Shown one piece after another: positions 27,697 to 37,136 of a DNA stretch of 54,637 nucleotides. The notes under the pieces are model-generated. The model saw nothing but the letters and a program-made list of their open reading frames with translations, was not told the origin of the DNA and made no database searches. The translations under genes were made by a program, and so were the position numbers. The DNA is from Bacteroidota bacterium. GTDB taxonomy: Bacteria > Bacteroidota > Bacteroidia > Chitinophagales > Chitinophagaceae. Within the stretch, counting starts at the first letter, position 1; each line of letters starts with the position of its first letter. The stretch spans positions 1 to 54,637 of the forward strand of contig JBDKLG010000004.1 of NCBI GenBank assembly GCA_039795695.1. The letters are read 5' to 3'.

Positions 27697-28079
27697 GAAG
27701 GTTGGTTATAGTCTTGTTTTAAGTATTTGATAAAACCACCTATTTGTTTGCTTATTTGTAAAGATTTTTTGCTAAAGTACTCATAAGATTCACCATCTAT
27801 CATGTTTGCCTTTTTTAATATCGTGAACTGATTAAACACTTCGCCAGCAGATCCCTTGGAATACAGGAGAAACCGAATAAAAATTTTGTTATTTCCATAT
27901 TCAAAGCCCTCGGCAATATTGTTTGATATCGAAGATGCTGCTGCCCTGAGCTGATCTTTCATCCTGAAATCTGTTTTCAACTTTCCTTTCTCACAAAAAA
28001 CATAGACTTCTGCGGCAAAGTCAACAGTTTCTTTCCAAAGAGGAATTTGAGTAAATGAAATGTACTTAGGCATTGACAT
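27687..28079 (-). CDS. Four helix bundle protein (23S rRNA intervening-sequence protein / Avd-like fold)
   Basis: 'DQLRAAASSISNNIAEGFE...FIRFLLYSKGSAGEVFNQ' family signature; 130 aa. Confidence 0.9.
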   Translation of the reverse strand: MSMPKYISFTQIPLWKETVDFAAEVYVFCEKGKLKTDFRMKDQLRAAASSISNNIAEGFEYGNNKIFIRFLLYSKGSAGEVFNQFTILKKANMIDGESYEYFSKKSLQISKQIGGFIKYLKQDYNQPSIR

Positions 28080-28089
28080 GTTTTTCCGA

Positions 28090-28126
28090 AACCCACTAAT
28101 CCGTTAATTCGTTAATTCAATCCCCC
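28090..28126. repeat. 8-bp tandem array, right arm (inverted relative to the left arm)
   Basis: AACCCACT AATCCGTT AATTCGTT AATTC AATCCCCC. The reverse complement of 28093-28109 matches 27669-27685 at 16/17 positions. Confidence 0.85.
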
Positions 28127-28176
28127 AAATACATGTAAAACCCATAGTATAACTACGTATTACATAACTGAAAACA

Positions 28177-29181
28177 CTATTTTTTTCGCTTTAATATAGA
28201 AAATAGACTTTCCTCTTTTACAATAGTATTAGTTAAGTTACCCAATCCTTCTATCTCCATCTCCACCATATCCCCCTCTTGTAACCATTGTTCTTTGTAA
28301 TCAGGGTTATTCAGTTTTCCGGTGCCGTTGAGTTCTAATAGGCAACCGGTACCAACGGTGCCACTGCCTATTACATCACCGGGGTGTATATCGGCTCCAT
28401 AGGCGCAGCGCTCCAGAATTTCAGCAAATGTCCAGTCCATTTCATTTACATTACCATTACTTAATTCTACCCCGTTAACGCGGCATTTCATAGCAAGGTT
28501 CCAGCTTTTACCGGTATGGCCCGGTTTACAGGGTACTTCATAGGCTTCCAGTTCATCCAATGTAACCAGGCAGGGGCCTATTACTGTAGCAAAATCTTTT
28601 CCTTTGGCGGGGCCCAGGTTTAACAACATTTCTTCCATTTGAAGTGTACGGGCACTCATGTCGTTCATGATCATCAATCCGCCAATATAATTATCGGCTT
28701 CTTCAGCAGCAATATTTCTACCCTGCTTACAAACTACCATGGCAATTTCCAGTTCAAAATCCAGTTTTTCAAAATGGTCGGGCATGCATTTAATTTCTCC
28801 GGGGCCCTGTATGCTGTGGTGATTGGTAAAATAAAAAATAGGGTACTGGTCAAACTCGGGAATCATCGCTACATTCCTGTTTCTTCTTGCAGCAGCCACA
28901 TGCTGCCTGAATGCATAACCATCTCTGCAGGAAGCCGGAAAGGGTACCGGGGCCAGGATAGAAGCATCTGCCATGGGCAGGCCCTGTTCATTACTGATCT
29001 TGCCGCTTTTGATGGCCGCATCTACCTGTTTTGCAATAGGATACATATCATCCCAGTAATGTAAAAACATATTCATACTATTGGGCAGGTTGGGATGCAG
29101 CAGGTCGCAATCATACAATAAATCGTCAACCAGAAAAGCCAGCTGGTCATGCCCGTCTACTAAATAAGAAACCAGTTTCAT
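28177..29181 (-). CDS. Fumarylacetoacetate hydrolase family protein
   Basis: 'RDGYAFRQH', 'PIFYFTN', 'LDFELE', 'NDMSAR..Q', 'KGKDF', 'GDVIGSGT'. Confidence 0.9.
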   Translation of the reverse strand: MKLVSYLVDGHDQLAFLVDDLLYDCDLLHPNLPNSMNMFLHYWDDMYPIAKQVDAAIKSGKISNEQGLPMADASILAPVPFPASCRDGYAFRQHVAAARRNRNVAMIPEFDQYPIFYFTNHHSIQGPGEIKCMPDHFEKLDFELEIAMVVCKQGRNIAAEEADNYIGGLMIMNDMSARTLQMEEMLLNLGPAKGKDFATVIGPCLVTLDELEAYEVPCKPGHTGKSWNLAMKCRVNGVELSNGNVNEMDWTFAEILERCAYGADIHPGDVIGSGTVGTGCLLELNGTGKLNNPDYKEQWLQEGDMVEMEIEGLGNLTNTIVKEESLFSILKRKK

Positions 29182-29267
29182 TGTTCAAGTGTATTAGGTT
29201 GCGAAAATAGCTTAAAAACAGGAGGCTAAGCAGGATCAACTATCTTTAATAATGTAATCTTTTGGCT

Positions 29268-31781
29268 ATGAAAAAAACAATGGGATACCTGTTTGTTGTG
29301 GTCCTGCTTTTTATGGAAAACGCAGTGGCACAGGATGCTGCCTGGATAAGGATTAACCAATTGGGCTATACACCTGCAGGTATAAAACTGGCCGTATGGG
29401 CATCCAAAAAAAAGGATAGCATCCTTGTATTTCAATTGGTGGATGCCAGGAATGACCGGGTGGTTTTTACACATTCCGCAGGCAAAGCCTTTGGTGCTTA
29501 TGGGCCTTTCGCAGCAACCTACCGACTTAATTTCTCCGAGTTTCATGGCGCCGGCAGGTATTATTTGAAAGCGGGTGATACACGTTCTCCTGCTTTCCCC
29601 ATTGGATTTGAAGTATACAAAGGGGCAGCCGACTTTTGTCTGAGGTATATGCGACAGCAGCGGAGTGGTTTTAATCCCTTTTTAAAAGACAGTTGTCATA
29701 CCCATGACGGCTATACCCTATATGGCCCCATGCCCGATAGTACCCATATTGATGTAACCGGAGGATGGCATGATGCAAGTGATTACCTGCAATACAGTGC
29801 TACTTCGGCCAATGCCGCTTATCATTTATTGGCTGCCTACCGAGATTTTCCGGAAGTTTTTGGTGATGCGCAGCAGGCGAACGGGCTTGATGGAAAAAAC
29901 GGGATCGCAGATGTATTGGATGAAGCAAAATGGGGATTGGACTGGTTACTGAAAATGCATCCCCGGCCCGACTGGCTATTTAATCAGTTGGGCGACGATA
30001 GGGACCATATGTCTATGCGCATACCCAAAGAAGATCCTTATTATGGAAAAGGATTTGAACGCCCCGTTTATTTTGTTTCAGGTAAGCCGCAGCAGCGGGG
30101 TAAATTCCTGAATGCCACAACAGGCGCGGCTTCTACCGCAGGCAAATTTTCCGGAGCTTTTGCACTGGGTGCATCTGTATACAAGAAAAAAGACAGCTCC
30201 TTTTCCCGGCTACTGCAACAGAAAGCCATTAGTGCCTATCGCTTTGGTGCAGCAAAACCGGGTGTTGCACAAACAGCTTCAGTACGCTCTCCCTATATTT
30301 ATGCAGAAGGCGATTGGGCAGATGATATGGAATTAGCGGCCGCAGAATTGTACAGGTTAACAGGCAGGAAAGCGTATCAAAAAGATTTTTACCAATACCT
30401 CTCCAAAGACTCCGTAGACAAATGGATGGGCAAAGACACTGCCCATCACTACCAGTATTATCCATTCAATAACCTGGGTATCCATACCATGGAAATGTCC
30501 AGTGGATCGAAAGCATATAATGCTGAATTAGCAGCTCTGTCTAAAGCTTCGTTGAACAAAGTATTAACCAAGGCCGGCAAGAATGCGTTTAACCGCGGGG
30601 TTCCTTTTATTTGGTGCAGTAATAACCTTACCGCTTCTCTGGCAATTGCCTGTGGCTGGTATGGGCAAACAGCTGAGCATACTATCTCAGGTATGAATGA
30701 GCTTGCTTTTTTGGAACAGGCCAATTTCGATTGGCTATTTGGCTGTAATCCATGGGGAACCAGTATGGTATATGGTTTGCCGGCAAATGGCGATACACCC
30801 GTTGACCCGCATTCTGCATTCACGCATATAAAAAACTATCCGATAGACGGGGGATTGATCGATGGTCCTGTGTATACATCTATCTATAAAAATTTAATTG
30901 GCATTCAGTTGATGCATCCTGATGAATATAGTCCGTTTCAAAGCGATCTGGCTGTGTACCATGATGACTATGGCGACTATAGCACCAATGAACCCACAAT
31001 GGACGGAACTGCCTCGTTGATTTACCTGCTTGCATCAAAAGAAGCAGAAGCAAAAAAACAGTCGCTTAAGCCATTGTATGACCTGTCGCATGGCGCAATG
31101 GTGCGGGGTGATCAAAACAAAAAAGAACTGGCAATTGTTTTTACGGGCGATGAATATGGAGAAGGTTTAACAACTATTGCAGAAACACTTGCAAAGCATA
31201 AGGCAAAAGCTTCATTCTTTTTTACCGGAAATTTTTACCGAAACAGGGCATTTAAGCAGGGCATACTGCAATTACATGCGCAAAAAAATCTGCTGGGAGT
31301 ACATTCAGATAAACACATTTTATATTGCGACTGGAACAAAAGAGACAGCAGTCTGGTAAGTGCCGACTCGCTGATTAACGATTATACCTTTAATGTGAAA
31401 GCCATGGAAAAGGTTCTTCCTGACAGGAGCAATTTCAGTGCATATTTTATTCCGCCTTATGAGTGGTGGAATGAAGAAATAGCCGGATGGATCAGGCACT
31501 CGGGTATCAAACCATTCAGTTTTACTCCCGGAACTACCAGCAATGCCGATTATACCTATCCTGAAATGGGGGCATCGTATAAAAACAGCGAGACCATTCT
31601 CGCAGCCATTAAAAAATTCAATGAAACTGATGCACATGGATTGAATGGGGCTATTCTGCTCGTTCATGCAGGCACTGATCCAAGAAGAAAAGATAAATTG
31701 TACAACCGGCTGGACGAGTTGATGGTTTACCTGAAAAAAGAAGGCTATCAATTCAGGCGCATTGATGAGCTGCTGCGCTAA
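29268..31781 (+). CDS. Glycoside hydrolase family 9 fused to a C-terminal polysaccharide deacetylase (NodB/CE4-like) domain
   Basis: Signal peptide; Ig-like 'RINQLGY'; GH9 'GGWHDASD', 'WADDMELAA', 'GCNPWG', 'YSTNEPT'; deacetylase motifs 'VFTGD', 'HSDKH', 'FIPPYEW', 'ILLVH'. Confidence 0.85.
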   Translation: MKKTMGYLFVVVLLFMENAVAQDAAWIRINQLGYTPAGIKLAVWASKKKDSILVFQLVDARNDRVVFTHSAGKAFGAYGPFAATYRLNFSEFHGAGRYYLKAGDTRSPAFPIGFEVYKGAADFCLRYMRQQRSGFNPFLKDSCHTHDGYTLYGPMPDSTHIDVTGGWHDASDYLQYSATSANAAYHLLAAYRDFPEVFGDAQQANGLDGKNGIADVLDEAKWGLDWLLKMHPRPDWLFNQLGDDRDHMSMRIPKEDPYYGKGFERPVYFVSGKPQQRGKFLNATTGAASTAGKFSGAFALGASVYKKKDSSFSRLLQQKAISAYRFGAAKPGVAQTASVRSPYIYAEGDWADDMELAAAELYRLTGRKAYQKDFYQYLSKDSVDKWMGKDTAHHYQYYPFNNLGIHTMEMSSGSKAYNAELAALSKASLNKVLTKAGKNAFNRGVPFIWCSNNLTASLAIACGWYGQTAEHTISGMNELAFLEQANFDWLFGCNPWGTSMVYGLPANGDTPVDPHSAFTHIKNYPIDGGLIDGPVYTSIYKNLIGIQLMHPDEYSPFQSDLAVYHDDYGDYSTNEPTMDGTASLIYLLASKEAEAKKQSLKPLYDLSHGAMVRGDQNKKELAIVFTGDEYGEGLTTIAETLAKHKAKASFFFTGNFYRNRAFKQGILQLHAQKNLLGVHSDKHILYCDWNKRDSSLVSADSLINDYTFNVKAMEKVLPDRSNFSAYFIPPYEWWNEEIAGWIRHSGIKPFSFTPGTTSNADYTYPEMGASYKNSETILAAIKKFNETDAHGLNGAILLVHAGTDPRRKDKLYNRLDELMVYLKKEGYQFRRIDELLR

Positions 31782-32063
31782 TTACCATTTTTCCTCTTCA
31801 GAAATCTCTCCCTCCTGTTTAAAGAGTTGCCTGGTCTTTTCCCGGCTGGCAATTCTTTCCAGAATCAATTGCGCAATCAGGTTGCCGGCATCTCCTGTAG
31901 GGTGTTCCAGCAGCACAGATTTCAATTTGGTCTCGCTCACATCTAACCGATAGAGGATTTGTACCAGCCGCGAAAAATCGCTTTCAATTAATTGGTTAAT
32001 GAAAGCGGCCATCTGTTCAAACGACAATTCTTCCAGTTTTAAAAGGGGCTGTTCCTCAAACAT
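31782..32063 (-). CDS. Conserved hypothetical protein
   Basis: 93 aa with 'INQLIESDFSRLVQILYRLDVSE.KL...LILER..REKTR'; fills the gap between neighbouring genes. Confidence 0.75.
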   Translation of the reverse strand: MFEEQPLLKLEELSFEQMAAFINQLIESDFSRLVQILYRLDVSETKLKSVLLEHPTGDAGNLIAQLILERIASREKTRQLFKQEGEISEEEKW

Positions 32064-32208
32064 GTATTAAAGGTAGGAAATCACTGATAGCATGAAAAAT
32101 AAATAAGGACAAGAGCCTTGTCGCATAATTTTTACAGAAAAACGAAAAGTATTTTTATAAGCCCTGCACTTTGGTAAGATACATTGTACAGAAACCATGA
32201 ATATCGGG

Positions 32209-33000
32209 TCAATATTTTTCTGTCACCCCCAAACCGAACAATGCAAAATCGTATTTCACCGGATCTTTCGGATCCAGTGTTTTCAGGTATTCGGTTAGTT
32301 CTACGGCTGCCTGCCAGTCGATCTGTTTCCGTTGCAATAGCCCGAATTTCTTGGCCACACGGGCCACATGAACATCGATGGGGCAAATGAGGTCGGCGGG
32401 ACTGATTTTTTTCCAGATGCCGAAATCCACGCCCTGCTTATCTTTCCGCACCATCCAGCGTAAAAACATATTCAGTCTTTTACAGGTAGATCCTTTGTGG
32501 GGAGTAGCAATATGCTTTCTGGTTCTGTTGGGAATATGTTCGAGAGAGAAAAAATGATGGTGAAAAGCAGTTAGCGCCTGTTCCACTTTACCTGTTAATT
32601 CATCTGTAAACCCATTTGCAGGGATAAATGCTTTTTCCAGGCTTTTTTCCCTTGAATAATGGTATCGGAAAAATTCGATAAAATAAAAAAGGTCGGTTGT
32701 ATTGAAAGTACGGTGTTTAAAAGTCTCCAGTTTTTTCAAGTCCTTTGAAGAATGATGCATACAAAAATCATGGGGTGCCATCCCCATCAATTGTAAAAGC
32801 TCTTTTGACTTGTTGATGATGGTGGTTCTGTTGCCCCAGGCAAATACTGCCGCAAACAATCCGGCAATTTCAATATCAGCCTGTTTGGTAAACAGATGCG
32901 GGATAGAAACAGGGTCGTCTTTGATAAAGGAAACCTTGTTGTACCGGATTACTTCATCATCAAAAAACTCTTTCAGTTTAATATGTCGGGCTATTTGCAC
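32209..33000 (-). CDS. TIGR02757 / DUF2400 family protein
   Basis: 'FIKDDPVSIPH', 'AWGNR', 'CKRLNMFLRWMVR', 'DFGIW', 'DPVKYDFALF'. Confidence 0.9.
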   Translation of the reverse strand: MQIARHIKLKEFFDDEVIRYNKVSFIKDDPVSIPHLFTKQADIEIAGLFAAVFAWGNRTTIINKSKELLQLMGMAPHDFCMHHSSKDLKKLETFKHRTFNTTDLFYFIEFFRYHYSREKSLEKAFIPANGFTDELTGKVEQALTAFHHHFFSLEHIPNRTRKHIATPHKGSTCKRLNMFLRWMVRKDKQGVDFGIWKKISPADLICPIDVHVARVAKKFGLLQRKQIDWQAAVELTEYLKTLDPKDPVKYDFALFGLGVTEKY

Positions 33001-33013
33001 TTAAGTAAAATAA

Positions 33014-34153
33014 TTACCCGATTGCCTTGTTCAAATCATCCAGCAGGTCATCCACATCCTCAATTCCCACACTCAAACGAATCAGGCCATCGGTCAATCC
33101 GTTTTTAATTCTTTCTTCTCTGGGTATGGAAGCATGTGTCATAGATGCAGGGTGATTGATCAGGGATTCAACACCCCCCAAACTTTCAGCCAAGGCAAAT
33201 ACCCGGGTGGAGGACAATACCCTTCTGGCGTTTTCAACGCTGTCGTCTTTCAAAGTAAAGCTCATCATTCCGCCAAACCCGCGCATTTGTTTTTTTGCGA
33301 TGGCATGGTTGTGGTGGTCTTCAAACCCGCACCAGTAAACCTTTTCCACTTTCGGGTGCTTGCGCAGGAAATGTGCAATTTTTTCTCCATTCTCACAATG
33401 CCGCTGCATGCGTACATGTAATGTTTTAATTCCCCTTAATACCAGAAAGCAATCCATGGGCCCGGGTACAGCCCCACAACTCTTTTGGATAAAATACAAT
33501 TGTTCACGAAGGCTTTCATCATTCATCATCAAACAACCCTGTATCACATCACTATGCCCGCCGAGGTATTTGGTAGCAGAATGCATCACAATATCTGCCC
33601 CCAAATCAAGCGGGTTCTGTAAGTAAGGAGAAGCAAAAGTATTGTCAACACATAAAATGGCTTTCGCGTTTTTTGCTATCGATGCTACAGCAGCAATATC
33701 AGTAATGTTCATCAATGGATTGGTGGGTGTTTCAATCCAGATAAGTTTTGTATTTGGTGTTAATGCTTTTTTGATATTGCCCGCATCGGTTGTGTCTACA
33801 TAGGTAAACTGGATACCGTATTTCGCAAATATTTTAGTAAAGAGGCGATAAGTGCCTCCATACATATCATTGGCACAGATGACTTCATCGCCCGGAGATA
33901 ATAGTTTTATTACGGCATCTGTTGCAGCAACACCACTTCCGAAAGCAAGGCCATATTTTCCATTTTCAATTTGTGCATAGGCTTCTTCCAGCGCCTTCCT
34001 TGTTGGGTTTTGGCTGCGGGCATATTCAAATCCCTTGTTAAGACCGGGAGCTTCCTGCACATAGGTAGATGTTTGATAGATCGGCGTCATAATGGCACCG
34101 GTAGAAGGATCAGGTTCTGTTCCGGCATGTATGTATCTGGTAGCGAGTTTCAT
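33014..34153 (-). CDS. Cystathionine gamma-synthase/lyase (PLP-dependent Cys/Met metabolism)
   Basis: 'PIYQTSTY', 'YAR..NPT', 'ETPTNP', 'DNTF', 'HSATKYLGGHSD', 'AESLGGVESL'. Confidence 0.93.
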   Translation of the reverse strand: MKLATRYIHAGTEPDPSTGAIMTPIYQTSTYVQEAPGLNKGFEYARSQNPTRKALEEAYAQIENGKYGLAFGSGVAATDAVIKLLSPGDEVICANDMYGGTYRLFTKIFAKYGIQFTYVDTTDAGNIKKALTPNTKLIWIETPTNPLMNITDIAAVASIAKNAKAILCVDNTFASPYLQNPLDLGADIVMHSATKYLGGHSDVIQGCLMMNDESLREQLYFIQKSCGAVPGPMDCFLVLRGIKTLHVRMQRHCENGEKIAHFLRKHPKVEKVYWCGFEDHHNHAIAKKQMRGFGGMMSFTLKDDSVENARRVLSSTRVFALAESLGGVESLINHPASMTHASIPREERIKNGLTDGLIRLSVGIEDVDDLLDDLNKAIG

Positions 34154-34181
34154 GTGTGTGTGTTTATACAATTAATCAATT

Positions 34182-35915
34182 TTATAATTCGTAAATCACC
34201 GCTTCGTATGGTTTCAGTTTTCCATCAGCCGATGAAACAGGATAGTTTCCTAAGAGGATTTTTTTGTTTTTTAAATCAATGCCGGTATTTGCAACAGCCT
34301 CTTTGCTTCTAAAGTTGAGCAGTACCAATATTTTTCTGCCGTTCAATTCCCTTGTATAAGCATATACATCCGGATTGTCTTTGTTGAGTAAACTGTATTT
34401 GCCATATACAAGGGTTGGGTTTTCTTTTCTGAGTTTAGTCAGGCTTCTGAAATAGTTCAACACAGAGTACTTGTCCTTTTCCTGAGCGGCAGCATTGATG
34501 AAACCATAGTTGCTGTTTGTTTTTAACCAGGGTATGCCTGTTGTAAAACCTGCATTGGCAGTGCTGTCCCATTGAAAAGGGGTTCTTCCGTTATCCCTGC
34601 ATTCGAAACGGATTTTTTTCATAAATGCCGGAATATCCCCTTTGATATTCAGTTGGTGCCGGTACTCATTTAAGGTAGGCATGTCTTTATAATCCTTGAT
34701 ATCGGTAAAACCTGCATTGGTCATTCCCAACTCATCCCCATTATAATAATAAGGTGTTCCCCGCATGGTCATAATAAAAGTACTCAGCATTTTGGATGAT
34801 AATTCCCTGAATGCCGGCTCATCATTACCAAACCTGCTTACCATTCTTGCCTGGTCGTGATTGGCCAGAAATATGGATAGCCATCCTTTTTGCGCAAATA
34901 CACTGTCCCATTTACTGAATACCTCTTTAAAATGCAGCAAACTATAACCTGCTGCTTTGGCAATATCCACTCCTTCAAAAGCATATGCCATTCCCAGTTC
35001 CTTTCTGTCTTCATCTACAAGCTGATGGGCATCTTCAAATGAATTACCGGCACCTTCGGCAACACTCATTACATCGTATTTGCTCAGCACTTCCCTGTTC
35101 ATTTCATTGAGGTAATGATGGAGATTGGGCCCCATTGCATAATATTTGATAAAATTCTTTTCATAGCCTGCAGGCCATACCGGAAAACTGGTGTCTTTGG
35201 CAGCAAACTGGAAAGCATCCAGCCTAAAACCATCAATACCCTTCCCGGCCCAGAATTTCATGATCTCATAAACTTCCTGCCTTAATTTGGGTTCCTCCCA
35301 GTTTAAATCGGGTTGCTTTTTTGAAAAATAATGCAGGTAATAGGCATTGGTCAGGGAATCGTATTTCCAGGCATCATGATTGATGTCGAATAAGCTGTAA
35401 CGTGGCGCAGGCCGGCCTCTTTCTGCATCCCACCAATGGTAATAATTACGGTAAGGACTTTTTCTGGAACTTCTGCTCTGCTTAAACCATTCATGTTCAT
35501 CACTGCTATGGTTTACTACCAGGTCCATCACCAGTTTTATTCCGCGTTCATGAAGTCCCTTCAGCAGTTCATCAAAATCGGACATATTGCCAAAATCCTT
35601 CATGATATTGCGGTAGTCGCTCACATCATAACCATTGTCGTCATTGGGGGAGCTGTAAATTGGGTTTAACCAAACGGCATTGATACCAAGGCTTTTGATA
35701 TAATCCAGTTTGGAAATGATTCCTTTCAGATCTCCAACACCATCACCGTCACTATCTTTGAAACTTCTTGGGTATATCTGGTAAACAATGGCTTCTTTCC
35801 ACCAGGCAGCACCGGGTATTCTAGCGGGTTCCTTTTTGCCGGGTTCTTTGCATGACTGAAAAACAAACAAGGAAAAAATCGATAAAAAAACCGCCTGTAA
35901 ATAATATTTTTTCAT
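34182..35915 (-). CDS. GH13 alpha-glucosidase / oligo-1,6-glucosidase, lipoprotein
   Basis: Lipobox VFQSC; 'YQIYPRSF', 'DNGYD', 'DLVVNH', 'GFRLDA', 'NHDQ', 'RDNGRTP'. Confidence 0.92.
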   Translation of the reverse strand: MKKYYLQAVFLSIFSLFVFQSCKEPGKKEPARIPGAAWWKEAIVYQIYPRSFKDSDGDGVGDLKGIISKLDYIKSLGINAVWLNPIYSSPNDDNGYDVSDYRNIMKDFGNMSDFDELLKGLHERGIKLVMDLVVNHSSDEHEWFKQSRSSRKSPYRNYYHWWDAERGRPAPRYSLFDINHDAWKYDSLTNAYYLHYFSKKQPDLNWEEPKLRQEVYEIMKFWAGKGIDGFRLDAFQFAAKDTSFPVWPAGYEKNFIKYYAMGPNLHHYLNEMNREVLSKYDVMSVAEGAGNSFEDAHQLVDEDRKELGMAYAFEGVDIAKAAGYSLLHFKEVFSKWDSVFAQKGWLSIFLANHDQARMVSRFGNDEPAFRELSSKMLSTFIMTMRGTPYYYNGDELGMTNAGFTDIKDYKDMPTLNEYRHQLNIKGDIPAFMKKIRFECRDNGRTPFQWDSTANAGFTTGIPWLKTNSNYGFINAAAQEKDKYSVLNYFRSLTKLRKENPTLVYGKYSLLNKDNPDVYAYTRELNGRKILVLLNFRSKEAVANTGIDLKNKKILLGNYPVSSADGKLKPYEAVIYEL

Positions 35916-35943
35916 AGGAAATTTTCAATAAGGTTCACAGAAA

Positions 35944-36516
35944 TTATTTTTTTGGAGCAGGTAACATCATTGGCAGGCTTCCTTTTATATCGTCCCAGAA
36001 AAACTGGAGCACTGCCCCTGATTTATTTTCATCAAAATAGAGGGTAAAAGCTTCAGTTGTTTCGCTGCTTTTATCGATGTCGATATCTGTTCTCAATACA
36101 TCTTTCTTACTGTCATAAGTATAAGCACCCCAGCTATAATTGTCTTTGTTGATAATAATGGTCCATTTGGTTTCTGTGGGAATGCAATACAAACTATACC
36201 TGCCTTTGGGCACTGTTTTTCCACTGATGACTACATTGGTAAAGAATTCAATCTCTGTTGTTTCATTGGCCCCGAGCCGCCATAATTCATTGTATTTGAG
36301 TATTCCGCCAAAAATATTTCTGCCGTTTTTTAAGGGCCTGCCATAAATAACCCTTGCAATGGGCATACTTTTTACTTTGCCCGACATTTTTAGCAGCGGG
36401 TAATTATTGGGCCAATAACTCATGTCCATTGGCGATTTGTCCAGGTCGGTAGGTTTCTGTTGAGCCTGGCTTAAGCCAACACAGAAAAAACTTAATAAGG
36501 TAAAAAACAGCTTCAT
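35944..36516 (-). CDS. DUF2911 domain-containing protein
   Basis: Signal peptide; 'VIYGRP..NGR.IFG', 'WRLGANETT', 'GRYSLY.IP', 'WG.Y.YD'. Confidence 0.88.
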   Translation of the reverse strand: MKLFFTLLSFFCVGLSQAQQKPTDLDKSPMDMSYWPNNYPLLKMSGKVKSMPIARVIYGRPLKNGRNIFGGILKYNELWRLGANETTEIEFFTNVVISGKTVPKGRYSLYCIPTETKWTIIINKDNYSWGAYTYDSKKDVLRTDIDIDKSSETTEAFTLYFDENKSGAVLQFFWDDIKGSLPMMLPAPKK

Positions 36517-36542
36517 GAAAATGCTTTCACCAAAGATAGTAG

Positions 36543-37136
36543 CTATTGGTTTAGTAAAAGGGCTAATTGTGAGGAAGCGAAGGCTTTTACCTCGGGGAAA
36601 AAAGAGACATAATGGCTTGACAGTGCATCATATTCGCTTAGAAAGATCCGGTAAGCGGGCTGGGCATCTGTTAAATACTGCGCCCTCCTTACCAATCCGC
36701 CAAAACTTTTTTCAATCCCCTCTTTGTAACGGTAATTAAATAGCCAGTTCTGGCTTTTCATATAAGGAAACATGGCGGCAAATTTCTCGGGGAAAAAGGA
36801 TTGCAGCGCATCCAGTTGGCCATAGGCTTCCTTTGTAAACAAGTCCAATTGATCAGCAGGGAATTCCTCCTTATCCAGGGCCAGAAAATGATCATAGACC
36901 ACATCAATAAATGCACCGGCATAAGGCCCTACGGCAGGTTTGAAAAACTCTTTTGCTTTTTTGGTAGCAGGATGCTGGTCGGTGAAACCATCAATGGCCC
37001 TGTGTAAATGGATCCCTTTTTGAATCGAAACAGGATAATCATACTTCTTTTTTCCTTTCACAAAATCGCTCACCATATTACCTGCCAGTATCTCAGGAAT
37101 ATGAAAAGAAAGATATGCATGTGCCAGGTAATTCAT
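36543..37136 (-). CDS. acpH: Acyl carrier protein phosphodiesterase
   Basis: 'MNYLAHAYLS', 'GN..SDFVKG', 'LHRAID.FTD.HP', 'DVVYDHFLA'. Confidence 0.88.
   Translation of the reverse strand: MNYLAHAYLSFHIPEILAGNMVSDFVKGKKKYDYPVSIQKGIHLHRAIDGFTDQHPATKKAKEFFKPAVGPYAGAFIDVVYDHFLALDKEEFPADQLDLFTKEAYGQLDALQSFFPEKFAAMFPYMKSQNWLFNYRYKEGIEKSFGGLVRRAQYLTDAQPAYRIFLSEYDALSSHYVSFFPEVKAFASSQLALLLNQ

Noticed and set aside
27687-28079. Diversity-generating retroelement (Avd-like gene)
   Set aside because: No reverse transcriptase and no TR/VR repeat pair with adenine-specific mismatches were seen in the window.
28141-28172. dif / Xer recombination site upstream of the four-helix gene
   Set aside because: It has two direct ATAACT copies but not the inverted ATAA-N6-TTAT arrangement of dif sites.
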